DNA from: Octopus bimaculoides
Lineage: Eukaryota
Direction: 5' to 3'
DNA: 64,000 nucleotides
Assembly: GCF_001194135.2 (NCBI RefSeq)
Contig: NC_068985.1
Span: forward strand, 25,377,833-25,441,832
Positions 26,121 through 39,946 of the stretch are shown here, piece after piece; position 1 is the first letter of the stretch; each line of letters begins with the position of its first letter. The translations under genes were made by a program, and so were the position numbers. The notes beneath the pieces were generated by a model. That model did not search any database. It was not told the DNA's origin and saw nothing but the letters and a program-made list of their open reading frames with translations.

Positions 26121-27197
26121 TTCTAATTGTTATACAAATTTGGGGTAAAACCTTCACTTTTACCCGCCCCCATTGATTGCACTTAGTATAGCACTAGTGT
26201 AGCAATAATTGGGTACCCTCCCAGCAGTATATTGGATAGATACTATCCCTTAGTGGGTTGAACCCCCAACCCCTAACTCTCTCACATTATATATATATAT
26301 ATACAAGGTGTGGTGGATAAACTGTCGTCTAAATTACACGAAAATGAAAATAACACTGACATCTCATTTTAACAGATATATATACCAAAATAACATAAAA
26401 ATATCTTGAAATACTAGAGTAAATTTATTCAATAAAATCACCATTGGCTTCAACCACAACTTCTTGGTGACTTTGGAATCTCCTGCAACTCTTCAAGACG
26501 ATCTCCTTGTTTAAGTTGATCAATGCAGCCATAATCTTTGCCTTCAATTCATCTTTGATACAAAAAGGAGTTTTGTGGGTCTCTCGCTCAACTGCACCCC
26601 ATAATAATCAAGGGGATTATAGTCTGGGGAGTGAGGTGGCCAGATGTTAGGGGTGGCGTGGTTGCAGAAATTGTCTGACAGCCATGACTGGGTTCTCCTG
26701 CTTGTGTGGCATGGTGCAGAGTCCTGCTGTGAGACACAGGGTCTTCCAGCAGCCACCCTCTTGACTCAGAACAGCACTACCTCCTCCAGGCACTTGATGT
26801 AGGCCTCCATGTCGAGTCTGAGACCGTGTAGTAAGATGAATGGAGGCATAACATTGCCATTACCTGATCATTCCAAACATCATGATGTTGACTAGATGTT
26901 TGATTTTTATCACTCTTGTTATATGTCCTCAGATTGACACCCAAACACTCTGAAATGTTTATATTGGAGCTTCTGGCATGAATGTCAAGCAGTACAGCAT
27001 ACTGTTTCCAAATTTCTGACAGAGCAAATTGCGTCATGGTGCTGTTTTTCTCACAGATGGTGCCCAACTGACCCTACCATAATGTGTAGTCAATAAAATC
27101 AAAGACAAACAATGTGCATGCACAAAATTAAAAATATAAAATGGTGGCAATTTACCCATCGCACCGTGTATATGTATATATATTTATATCATCACCA

Positions 27198-27279
<82 letters not shown>

Positions 27280-29821
27280 GTGTACGTAAGATATTTGAGG
27301 ACAGATTTATGTTTATAAAAAAACAGATATACAATAACAGATAACTTTATAAAAAAATACTATGAGGATAAAAAGAAACCTTCTTTTCTATAATGTTGTA
27401 CTTCAATAAAGCCACCTTCATCTTCAGCAATTGCTTCTATATGAGATCTAAATCATCTACATGCTCAAATCAAGTGGTCCTGGTTCATTTTGGACATTAC
27501 TCTGACTATGGTAGCTTTCAAAGAATCTTTGGTGTTATGGGCATGTTCATTGACCTCTCTCTAAACAATGCTCCACATGTAATAGTCCAATGAATTGAGA
27601 TCTAGAAAATTAGGAGGCCAGATGTTAGGGGTTATGTGATCATGAAAATTTTCAGTTATCCATTCCTGTGTTACTAGAGCCATGTGTGATAGTGCAGAGT
27701 CTTACTAAAACATATATGGCCTTCCATTGCATACACTGTCTATCCAGGGCTTAACAATTATTTCCAGGACCTCAATGTAGGTGGCAGAGTTAACTCTAAG
27801 GCCTTGTGGAAAGAAGTAAGGAGGCATCACATGTCTTTCATTGGTGACAACCCCTAAAACCATGACAGTTGCAGGAAATTTTGAATGCATAACACTTGGA
27901 ACTTCAGAAGGGTCTGCACATAACCATCTGTCATTTCTTCTGTTAACTTTTTGATCTTGGTCGAAATTTTTCTTGTTTGAGAAAAACCAAATCAAATCTT
28001 CTGCTGGATTTTCAGTTTGTTTAAGAGCCTTTTAGATCTGATGTAGTGATTGACTTTTGCTTTTTCGGACAAACTGACCTTTCTTCATATAAGACTTAAA
28101 TTTGATGTCTTCATGGACAACATTTCTGACTGTTCCTTCTGACACATGGAGATCTTTTGCAATTGACCTCATGGACTTTCTGGGATTGTAATCAATGGTC
28201 TGTTAAACTTGCTGGATAAATTCAAGTGTTCTGATGATTTCAGAGCGTTTAGAATGCCTTTTATGCTTTGATACTGATGATACATTTCCATCTTCAGTCT
28301 CTAGCTCTTTACAAACTTTGTAGACAAATGATATGGCAACTTTGAAAAATCGAGATATTTCTAAATCGCTATGCTCAGCCTTTATAACCACAATAACAGC
28401 ATGCCTCTTCATTTCTTGAGTAAGCTGAGAGTCTGCCATTATTATTTTCTTAAACAAAGATTATCCAGAGTTAGCAAATAATGCAGCAATGACCCCCAAG
28501 AGCGTATGTCCCCAAATACCTTATGCACCCTTTATATATACATATATATGTGTGTGTGTGTGTTCATTAAAGATTTACCCTGACCCACTTCTGGTTATTG
28601 CAGGAAACGGAACTTGTATGGGTATAATCATACATGTCTCTACATGTCACATTATAAATTGCAGCTTTCCACTAGCATTTGCTTATTTTTCTACAGATGC
28701 TGAAATGGACTAAGGTGTTATAATGGAATTAGTTGAATGCAGATCAATGCTCAGGTTCTTATGCATGAAAGGTTGTACACCAAAAGAGACTTTCGATGAA
28801 ATGAAAGAAGTTTATGGTGACAATGCACCATCATATGACATAGTCAAGCACTGGCATCGCCAGTTCAAATGTGGTCAGACATCAGTGGAAACTATTCCTA
28901 TTCCTGGACAACCACATTCCATCATTGATGAAGACACCATCCATAAAGTGGAAGCTGCCCTTTTGGAAGATCGTCGCATAATATTCGGTAAATAAGTGTA
29001 GGGTCCATGGAAAAAAATCATTCATGACCATTTGCACAATGGATTCATTGGATGCTCACACCTTTCCAGAAGTAGGAACATGTCAATTGCTCCCAGGATC
29101 TTTTGGCAGACTTATCACACAGGGTGAAACATGGGTCTACCACTAATATCCTGAAAGTCCAGTCGAAGTAATGGAAGCATGATAACTCACCACCTCCAAA
29201 GAAGGGTCATCTCCAACCCTTAGCAGGCAAGGGGATGCTCACAGTCTTTTGAAACCAGCGAGTAGTGATGATGGATTTTCTGGCAAAGAGCACCACAATT
29301 AATGGGGCATATTATGCTTCTCTACTGCAGAAATTGAGGGATGCCATCAAAGCAGAGAGGCATGGCATACTGACTAAAGGAGTCTGCCACCTCCAAGACA
29401 ACACCCCAGTTCACAATGCACATGTTGCCCAGATGAAAGCACACTTCTGCAGCTATGAAATCCTTCTTCACCCCATTTACTCACCTGACCTCACACCATC
29501 TGACTTCCACCTCTTTCTAACCATGAAGTCTTTTTTTGAAGGAGAAGCACTTTTTGGATGATGATGAACTTATTTCCGAGGTAAAGTCTTGGCTCCAGAT
29601 GCAACCTACTGACTTCTACAGACAAGGTCTGCACAGCTGCATAAAGCAATGGGAGAAGTGTGTCACCATTGGTGGTGGCTATGTAGACTAATAATTATGC
29701 CACTTTGTTTATCCCAGTCTTTGAGAAGTGGGTCAGGGGAAATCTTTAACAAATACCCCTTGCACATACATACATATATATATATGCATGTATATNNNNN
29801 NNNNNNNNNNNNNNNNNNNNN

Positions 29822-29870
<49 letters not shown>

Positions 29871-32329
29871 TCAATGCACTTTCCCTGATTATTTATGACT
29901 TTCTTCCATCTATTTACAAGCTTTTTAATCCCATCAATGTAAGACTCTTTTGATTTCAAAGTGAAGAACTCTGAAATGTCAGTTTTGACCTCCTCCTGGC
30001 TAGTGAAAGTTATGTTCCTCAAACGATTCTGTAAACTATGAAACAAGTGATAGTCTGAAGGAGCAAGGTTGGGAGAATAAGGTGGATAAGGAATTTTTTC
30101 CCAACCAAGCTCTTCAATCTTCTGTGATAAGATCTTTGCAGTGTGGGGTCGTGCATTTTCCTGATGAAACATCGCTCCTTTCCGATTCACTAAAGCATGT
30201 CTTTTTTCTTCAAAGCTTGGTTCAAACGCTCTAATTGCTGACAGTAGACTTGAGCATTAATTGTTGCATTAGGTGGTAACAATTCAAAGTGAATTACTCC
30301 TTTGCAATCCCACCAGATAGAGAGAAGAACCTTCTTGGTTGTGGTTGAGCTTTTTCCCTTTTACCAAGCCACTGTTTACAACATTTAACAAATCAATAGA
30401 ATATCCATTTTTTGTCACCAGTCACAAGTCCATCCAAAAAGGATGAAATGAGTTCGCAAAAATGGAGAGAAGAGCAGATGTCAACTTGGGATTTGCTGTT
30501 GCTTTCAGACAATTAATGAGGCACTCGTTTTCCAAGTTTAGGAACCTTTCCAAGTTGTTGAAGATTGAACAGTTGTATGGTTTGAACTAAGCTTTATTGC
30601 CAATTCTTCAACTGATAATGCAGGATTTCCTTCGACTAATACCTCAAGGAGCTTATCATCAAACTCAATTGGACATCCTGTTCAATCTCCATCTTCAAGG
30701 CTGAAATCTCCACTTCTGAATTTTGCAAACCATCTTCTGTAAGTTCTTTCATTCAAGCATTCTTTCCCATAAACTGAGTGTATGTTTCAAGTCGCTTCGA
30801 CTGCAGAGTTTCCTTTTTTATACTCATAAAGCATTATGTGCCTCAAATGTTCTTTGGATACTTCCATGTTAGAAAGGGTTTTAATCAAAGAAATTTTAAT
30901 TCTATTATTCTGTAAAATAATATTTAATTAGTTTAAATGTACAGAAATGCATAAAAATAATTTTTAATTCCATTAGACATTCTAAAATACTATTAAATTT
31001 CATTCAATTTTAAAAAAGGTAAAATCGGACAGAACTTATAGGATGATCTGATATATATATTGTGTGTGTGTGTGTATCATCATCGTCACCTAATGTCTGT
31101 TTTTCTTGCTTGCATAGGTTGGACAGTTTGACATGGAGTTTTCCAGTTGGGGAGCTGTCCAGACTCCAATTGTCTGTTGTTTGTATGGCATGGTTTCTAT
31201 GGCCGGATGCTCTTCCTAACACCAACCACTTTATAGGGTGTGCTGATGACTATCTACATGCCACCGGTATGGGTGTACATCTACACAGCATCAGCATGAG
31301 TACATCTTATGTGGCACTGGCACCTTTAAAGGGCAAGCCAGTATGTATGGGCAATAGTGATTTTGCTTGGCTTGGAGTGTCTTCACAAGTACATCAAATC
31401 GCTACAAACTCCTGGTCCTTTGTTATTTCCTCAGTGAGGCCCATGAAGGGCTTCTTTCAGTTTCTAAATCCACTCATAAGGCCTCTTGCCAGACCAGGGC
31501 TATAAAAGAAGACACTTGCCCAAGGTGACACACAGTGGGAGTGATCACCAAAAAATGTGGTTAGGAAGCAAACTTCTTACCATGCAGCCATGCCTACATT
31601 CAAGTCAGTGCCAAACAAAAGGCATTGCAGCTGTGACATTCCAGCAGAAACCAAAGTTATGATTTTAGGATTGTGTGAAGTTTTCGATGAGCGCACATGA
31701 AGCAAGGGAAATCAATTGGGAAAGCAATGCCTGTCATTGAAACCAATGGAGGAGACAAATAGAAGAAGGAAGGAGTTGATATTTTCAATAAAACTCACAT
31801 TTCTCAGGCCAAATTTAAGCACCGTAGTGAATGGGGGAATCTTGGTTTGCAATATCTGCAGATTTATATGTTTATCAAGAGCTAGGCTTCATAGTCACCA
31901 GCAGAGCCACAAGTGTTAAGTACAAATTTTGTCTGAGTGCACAATGTTCTCCTTGGTTGGTGATGGTCTTCCTCAGTCACAAGTGGACAATCTTCATGTA
32001 GATATATGTATGTATGCATGTATGTATGTATGTATGTATGTATGTATGCATGCATGTATGTATATATGAATGTATGTACACACACATATACATATGTATG
32101 CATGTATGTATGCACGCGTACATGTATGAATTTATATATTTATGTGTGTGTGTATGTATATCTTTTATGTGTTTCAGGCTAAAAGCTGTAGCCATGCTGA
32201 GAAACCGCCAGTATCATGGCCTTTTCAGTGCCTATCCCAATGTAGTTGGCTTTTGGTGAAGGAAGGAGTTTGATATTACTACCCTTGTTTGAATTTCTTG
32301 AAGCAAAAATAATAAACTTAACAAATTTG

Positions 32330-32379
<50 letters not shown>

Positions 32380-35300
32380 NNNNNNNNNNNNNNNNGGGGG
32401 GGGGGGGGAGAGAGATATTAAAAGTTGTCAATGTTCTTAAGCAAAAAAATGAAACAATTATGAAGAAACTTTATACTTACATTAACTGACATAACAAATG
32501 TATTTACTCCAGCTGTAGAGGGAAGCAGTCCAAAGTATGTGCTACTTTGGTAAAATCTGTTAGCCACAAACTCAGGGCTGTGTTCATTAACATCAGTTAC
32601 TCTTACTATCACTAATGCAGTTGGATACGTCTGGAATGCTGCAAGACAATGATTTGGCCATTACTGTTTATTCTTGAAGAATTTCTATTTTTTGCTAAAT
32701 GTCCAAATATCTGAGTTTACAATTATTTTCCTTTTTGTTGCTGATTAAAAATGATATGTCTAATGACTAAAGTAAGCATTGCTTTTAAATGAATTATGTA
32801 TCTTCATTATGTAAGTATAAAAATAATGATGTTTGTTGCTAATGAAACAGTTGTTGAGCATAATTAAATTATGAACTATTTGTGAGGATATATTCTGATA
32901 CCACTGCAGCCACTCACGTAAAATGTAAGGCAGCCATGAATCTGCTCCACAACAATAAACCTGTTCCTGCCCTCCCATCATACCTTAAACTTTCAATACC
33001 TTGCATAACACAACCAACTTATCATTTATTCTCTATTTAAAACATAAATTCCACATTCAATTCATAATTTAATTGTGCCCAACAGTTATTTCATTAGCAA
33101 TAAACATCATCATCATCATCATCATTGTCGTTTAACATCTGCTTTCTATGCTAGCATGGGTTGGACGATTTGACTGAGGACTGGTGAGCCAGATGGCTAC
33201 ACCAGGCTCCAATCTTATTTGGCAGAGCTTCTACGGCTGGATGCCCTTCCTAATGCCAACCACTCCGAGAGTGTAGTGGGTGCTTTTACGTGCTACTGGC
33301 ACAAAGGCCAGTCAGGCGGTACTAGCAATGGCCACGCTCAAAATGGTGTATTATACATCATTATTTATATGAGCACGTAATTAAGATACATGATTAATTA
33401 AAATTAATTTCATTTAAAAGTCATCAGAAGTATTATGCTAACCATAAGCAACTGCTGATGATTTGGATAACATCATTTTTCAATATATTTAATTTGAATT
33501 AATTATGTGAAGATAGAAAGCTGGTAGAATCATTAGTTTGCTGGACAAAATGCCTAGCAGAACTTCTTCTGACTTCAAATTCTGCTGAGACCAACTTATC
33601 CATTCAGGGTTCATAAAATAAGAATCAGTTGGGCACTGGGGGCAACATAATTGACTAGCTACCCCTTCCCACTAAATTTCAGGCCTTGTGCTTCTTTTGG
33701 AAAGAAAAAAATTAATTGTAATCTTAATTATGTAACAATGGAAATAATGATATTAGTTGCTTATGAAACAGCTGTTGAGCACAAATTATGATCTATATAT
33801 ATAGTTTATACTTTTACAGCTTTTTATTAGATGTATTTGTGTGTGTGTGTGTGTGCTAGCATGTGTGCGTGCATGCATGCATATGTGTATTTGTTGTTCT
33901 GAGGTGTTTCTTTTACCTTTATGTTTCTCTGAAAACCATGAACTACAAATAGTGATATTGTCATTTCTCCTGTTGATAAGCTGTCGGCTACCTTCATGTC
34001 TTGAATGGCATGTGAAATAAGAGATTCCTTAACTGATAAAGCAGAAAGCCTGAACATATAATGCAAAGCATTATATCTATTAACTTAATGGTTTTTGCCA
34101 ATCTGTTAAATGCTCCTCAAAACAATTATTTCTACAGAATAAGCAGCGAATGTTATAAGAAATTGGTAACAAAATACATTATGGTAAAAGACATACCTAA
34201 CAGTTTCCGTGTCTGCGAAGTGGAAAGTACAATCTCTAGATTGTATGTAGAATCTTTAGTTTCATAGTCAATTCCATTCAACAAACTGAGATCACATGAA
34301 GCTGTACTTATGTTATATTTCACAGAAAAGAGCCCTGCAAAACAGTCAAGTAAATCATTAAGTAAAGTTAGTTATTTAATAGAAGGAAATGAAAAAAAAA
34401 AAAAAAGAAAAAATATAAAATTCAAAAAGCAATACACATACTTCATCTATACTTTACTAATTAGTCAATGGAGAGTTTCTCCAAAATTACTTCAGTTGTT
34501 AGAAACACCAGCTCTCAAGTCACTTAAAATCATAAATTCCATCTTAAATAAAAATACATTCAATTCTTTTTTGGAACAGTGAAAGTTGAACCAGATGAAG
34601 CTATAGATATTAGCATGTAAATATGGGGTTAAAAATCTTTGAGGTTTTCTATTCAAAGGGATTCTAATCCAAGGTTTATATGCTGTTATTTATAGTTTCA
34701 TCTACTTTGTGCTTCACCATTCCAAAAACAAAAAAAAACAACAAAAAAACAAAACAAAACAAAAAAAACATTTAGAATCCTGCTTCTTGCACTAAAGGCA
34801 TGCTTGATGAGAATTTAATAGGATCAAAGAGTAATATTTGGTATAAATAGAGGATGAATAATTGGTTAAACATCAACCACAAGAAAGGCAACAATGAATC
34901 ACGGAAGGAAAGAGTGACTTTACTACAACTTTGAAGAATTGATATTGAAATTCTTTCTCAGATCAATTAAGCAACAAGATATGTTCATTGCTTAAAAATG
35001 AAGTAATTTTAATGGTTACATCTAACAAAATTATGTATTTTAGCTATTAGATTGAAATCAATAAGAATTTAGAAAGAAGTCTAGGTCTACTATAGAGAAT
35101 TTTTTCTAAATACAATAAATTTATTATTAGCTGCTGGGCATATACTATTAGTTGCTAGGTGCTGGTATGGCTGTATAGTTAAAGAAGTTCACTTTCCAAA
35201 CACAAGGTTTCAAATTCAGTCTCACAGTATGGTACCTTGGGGAAGTGTCTTCTACTATAGCCTGGAGCTGATCAAAGACTTCTGAATGGATTTGGGAGAT

Positions 35301-36308
35301 GGAAATTGAAAGAAACCTGTTTTTTCTGAGATTTTTTTTTGACATTATGCAATAGTTGTAAGCTAGCATCGTTGTCACCCAAGCAGTGTCCTTTACCTCA
35401 AATGTTCCACTAAAGCATACCCGAGCATGGGGAAATGTTACCTTATATAGAAACAGGCGAGGGTTAGTGAAAGGAAGATCATTTGGCCATAGAAAATCTG
35501 CCACAATAAATTCCATCTAACCCATGCAAGCATGGAAAAGTAGACGTTAAACTGATAATGATAATGATGATGATGATAATTCAATCTTCAGCAGTTTGTT
35601 AGAAGTTAATTGTATATAACAACTGCCAGCTATTAGGCTTTTACAAGAGAGTACTAGATAAATTAGGGGAGAATTCACAAAAAAACAAAATATGAAGACT
35701 GGTGGTGTAGACAAAAAACAGATGTATTAGTATAACACTCGTGAAGTGAAAAATCTTTAACATTTCGAGCCTACGCTCTTCCACAGAAAGAAACAAGGAG
35801 AGAAAATAAAGAATGTGTAGTGGCTAGCGATCTATCATGGCTAAATTAATATTGTTTTCTTTACCTTCATCTCCAGTCTGTATTTTACAAATCATGCTGT
35901 TTGTTTTTTCTGTATTTTCCACTTTCATGGCCAGAATGATCGCGTTTTCTTTAGTGTTTTCAGGAATAGTTACACTAAAATTAAAACAAACAGGAAATAT
36001 ACATAAAGAAAGATGAGTGATATTCTGCTTAATTGCAGTAACTTAATAAATTAATAACTGCAATTATCTCTTTAAAACAGTTCTCTTTGTGCTAACTTTT
36101 GACTATTTCACTGCAATGTTTTTGCATATTTTAAACATTTACAAGGTTTTGAGTTCAGTTCCAATGCGCAGCACCATAAAGCATTGTCTTCTACTATAGC
36201 CTCAGATTTACCAATGCTCTGTGATGTGTGTGTCTGATGGAAATTGTATGGAAGCTCATCTTCTATGCATACTTGTATGCATGTATGTGTGTGTGTGTGT
36301 GTGTGTGT

Positions 36309-36402
<94 letters not shown>

Positions 36403-39400
36403 TCATACATACATCTTTGTGTTTGTCTCTTAGCACTTGACAACTGGTATTTGTTTACATCCCCATATCCTAGAGTTTCAGCAATAAGTGACCAATTGAA
36501 TAAATACCAGTCTTAATAGCAAGCACAGAGATCAATTTGATTGACTCAAAGATATTAACTCAGCATGGTTGTAGTCCAATGACCAGTTGTAGCCATCTTA
36601 AATTTATATAAAATTAAAATAAATTTATGAACTGTGTCAATTATAATGGTTTATAAACTTATTTCATTAACATGAACTTATGACTACATTGGTTTTGTTA
36701 ATTTCTCATTGCTATAGGAGCTAATGCCTCGATTTTTTTTACAAGTTCCTACAGGGCTTCAGCCACTCCAGTTATGAAAACCTTATGTTCATCATCATAA
36801 TCATCATCGTTTAACGTCCGCTTTCCATGCTAGCATGGGTTGGACGATTTGACTGAGGACTGGTGGACCAGGAGGCGACACCAGGCTCCAATCTGATTTG
36901 GCAGAGTTTCTACAGCTGAATGCCCTTCCTAACACTAACCACTCCGAGAGTNNNNNNNNNNAGTTTCTACAGCTGAATGCCCTTCCTAACACTAACCACT
37001 CCGAGAGTGTAGTGGGTGCTTTTACGTGCCACCGGCATGAGGGCCAGTCAGGCAGGTACTGGCAATGGCCACGCTTGAAATGGTGTATTTTACGTGCCAC
37101 CTGCACAAGGGCCAGTCCAGGGGCATTGGCAACGATCTCCCTCGGATGTCTTACTGACAACGGCCACACTTGAAATGGTGTATTTTACGTGTCACCTGCA
37201 CAGGAGCCAGTCCATTGGCACTGGCAACGATCTCACTTGAATGTCTTTTCACGTGCCACTGGCACAAGTGCCAGGAAAGGCGACGTTGATAATGATCATG
37301 CTGGTGCTATTTACGTGCCACCGGCACTGAAGCCAGACAGCTGCTCTGGCAATGATCAAGCTCGGACGGTGCTCTTAGTGCTCCACTGGTACAGGTGCCA
37401 TCATGATTTCGCTTATGTTGTTAATAGCAAATCATTTGCCTTATTGTACCATAAATGTTCTGCTGCATTGAACTTTGATATTTCTTTTCCTCTCAGATTT
37501 AATGACCTTCAGTTTTCCTTTTTAGGATTTATCTAACTTCACTTTCACAAATTCTTCTGAAAAAACTATGGCATATTAAAGAATTCTTTAGTTCAATACG
37601 TCGTCAATTCTTTTATAAGTTAGACATGTTTTTCTCAAAGTTGCATGGCTTAGTGGTTAGAGCATCAGGCTCACAATCATGAAGTAGTTAGTTCGATTTT
37701 CAGACCATGCTGAGTTGTGTTCTTGAGCAAGATACTTTATTTCATGTTGCTCCAGTTCACCCATCTGTAAAATGAGTTGTGATGTCACTGATACCAAGCT
37801 GTATTGGCCTTTGCCCTTCCCTTGGATAACATCGGTAGCATGGAGAGGGGAGGCTGTTATGCATGAGCGACTGTTGGTCTTCCATAAACAACGTTGCCCT
37901 GACTTGTACCCCAGAGAACTTTCTAGGTGCAATTCCATGGTCAGTCATGATCAAAGGGGGTCATTACCCTTTTACTCTGATAAAGTGGAGAGTTACTTCT
38001 CACCATTGTTCTGCTTTTATAATATTTTACCAGTAATGCATATGTCATAATGCAGTGTTAGAATAGAATTATGTTTTGCCTCATGCTCACACATGTTAAT
38101 AGATGTAGGTCTCCAGTTATGTTATGACTAATTTCTTACCCCAAGATTTATGTAGAATATATTTTGTGTAAGTGTCTTTATTGGAATAAATCTCTTTTCC
38201 TTCTTTGATGTTGTAAATTCTGTGATTTTATGGTAGAGCATAAGAATGTTAACCAAGACTAATTAATTCAATTCAACTGCAAGAGTATGTATGGAAAAGT
38301 AAGACATCTCATACTGAAATTGATAGAAACTGAAAAGACCTGCAGAGATCAATGCTTTCTGATTATCCAATATTGTATTTATAATTACAGTATTGGGTGA
38401 TTAGAAAGTATTGTATAAAGTTCATAAAAATTACATATTCAAAGTTGAAAAGTGTTGATAGCATAGACAACTTACTAATAGACTGGCTGGACAAAACCCA
38501 TTTTCCCACCAGATTGTATCACTTTGGTGACATTTATGGTAATGCTTGCTTCTGCTGTTTTTGGATTCCAGCCTCCGTCTTTAGCAATTACCTTGAACTG
38601 AAATGATCAGATGCATTTAAATAATTGAAATAACATGTTGAAGAAAGATGTGAAATGACTTGATGAAGAAATATAATAAGTGACATCATTCTCTATGATG
38701 GTCTTCAATATACATGCACATGGGACACACATACTAAACATATGGACACACTCACATGTGCAGACAGATACAAATGTAAACACATGATAATAATAAAAAT
38801 AAGTCTTTACCTTAGAACAATACTATAAATTAGTAAGGTAAGTGGCATGATTGATTAAAGAGTTCTAATTCGTAACTGGAACATATTTCATTGATACAAG
38901 AGAAGGAAAAGGTAATTTAACTCTTGTGGGATTTTCACTCTGAACATAAAATGGTAAAAACTAAACACATTAAGGTATTATTTTGCATCATTTTGGCCAC
39001 AAGCATTTTATCAATATTATTATTATTATTATTGTTCAGTAGTTTTATTTTTATAACGTGCTTTCACTTCACTACCGAGCGCAGCTCTGTGCGCCTTGGG
39101 TATGTGCTGTGGTTTGCTGTGGTGTTCTTATGGTTACTGTATTGAAAGCGCTTTGCGTAGGATATGTGCAGTGCCCAGTAGTGCAATTTTCTGTATGTTA
39201 TATATATTTGTAAGTCCTGGTATTTTTGTTATGTATTTGTCTGAATATTTTTTTATTATAGCTAAGGCACCTACTATGATAGGAATTGTTTCTGTTTTTA
39301 GATTCCACATTCGAGTTATCTCTATTTCCAGGTCTTTGTATTTTGAAAGTTTTTCCATTTCTTTTAGNNNNNNNNNNNNNNNNNNNNNNNNNNNNNNNNN

Positions 39401-39883
39401 NNNNNNNNNNNNNNNNNNNNNNNNNNNNNNNNNNNNNNNNNNNNNNNNNNNNNNNNNNNNNNNNNNNNNNNNNNNNNNNNNNNNNNNNNNNNNNNNNNNN
39501 NNNNNNNNNNNNNNNNNNNNNNNNNNNNNNNNNNNNNNNNNNNNNNNNNNNNNNNNNNNNNNNNNNNNNNNNNNNNNNNNNNNNNNNNNNNNNNNNNNNN
39601 NNNNNNNNNNNNNNNNNNNNNNNNNNNNNNNNNNNNNNNNNNNNNNNNNNNNNNNNNNNNNNNNNNNNNNNNNNNNNNNNNNNNNNNNNNNNNNNNNNNN
39701 NNNNNNNNNNNNNNNNNNNNNNNNNNNNNNNNNNNNNNNNNNNNNNNNNNNNNNNNNNNNNNNNNNNNNNNNNNNNNNNNNNNNNNNNNNNNNNNNNNNN
39801 NNNNNNNNNNNNNNNNNNNNNNNNNNNNNNNNNNNNNNNNNNNNNNNNNNNNNNNNNNNNNNNNNNNNNNNNNNNNNNNNNNN

Positions 39884-39946
<63 letters not shown>

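Noticed and set aside
33917-34049. Exon-like segment with AG/GT ends (LSALSVKES...STGEMTISLFVVHGFQRNIK)
   Set aside because: It is open only as phase 2-0, but the flanking exons need phase 1-1; the phase-1 frame hits TGA. Exons 14 and 15 join cleanly without it.
36901-37010. Exact ~47-bp tandem repeat either side of 10 Ns
   Set aside because: Contig-overlap artefact at a gap.
37021-37410. Regularly spaced repeats superficially like a CRISPR array
   Set aside because: Degenerate tandem units with no unique spacers, inside a LINE 3' UTR in an animal intron; no cas genes.
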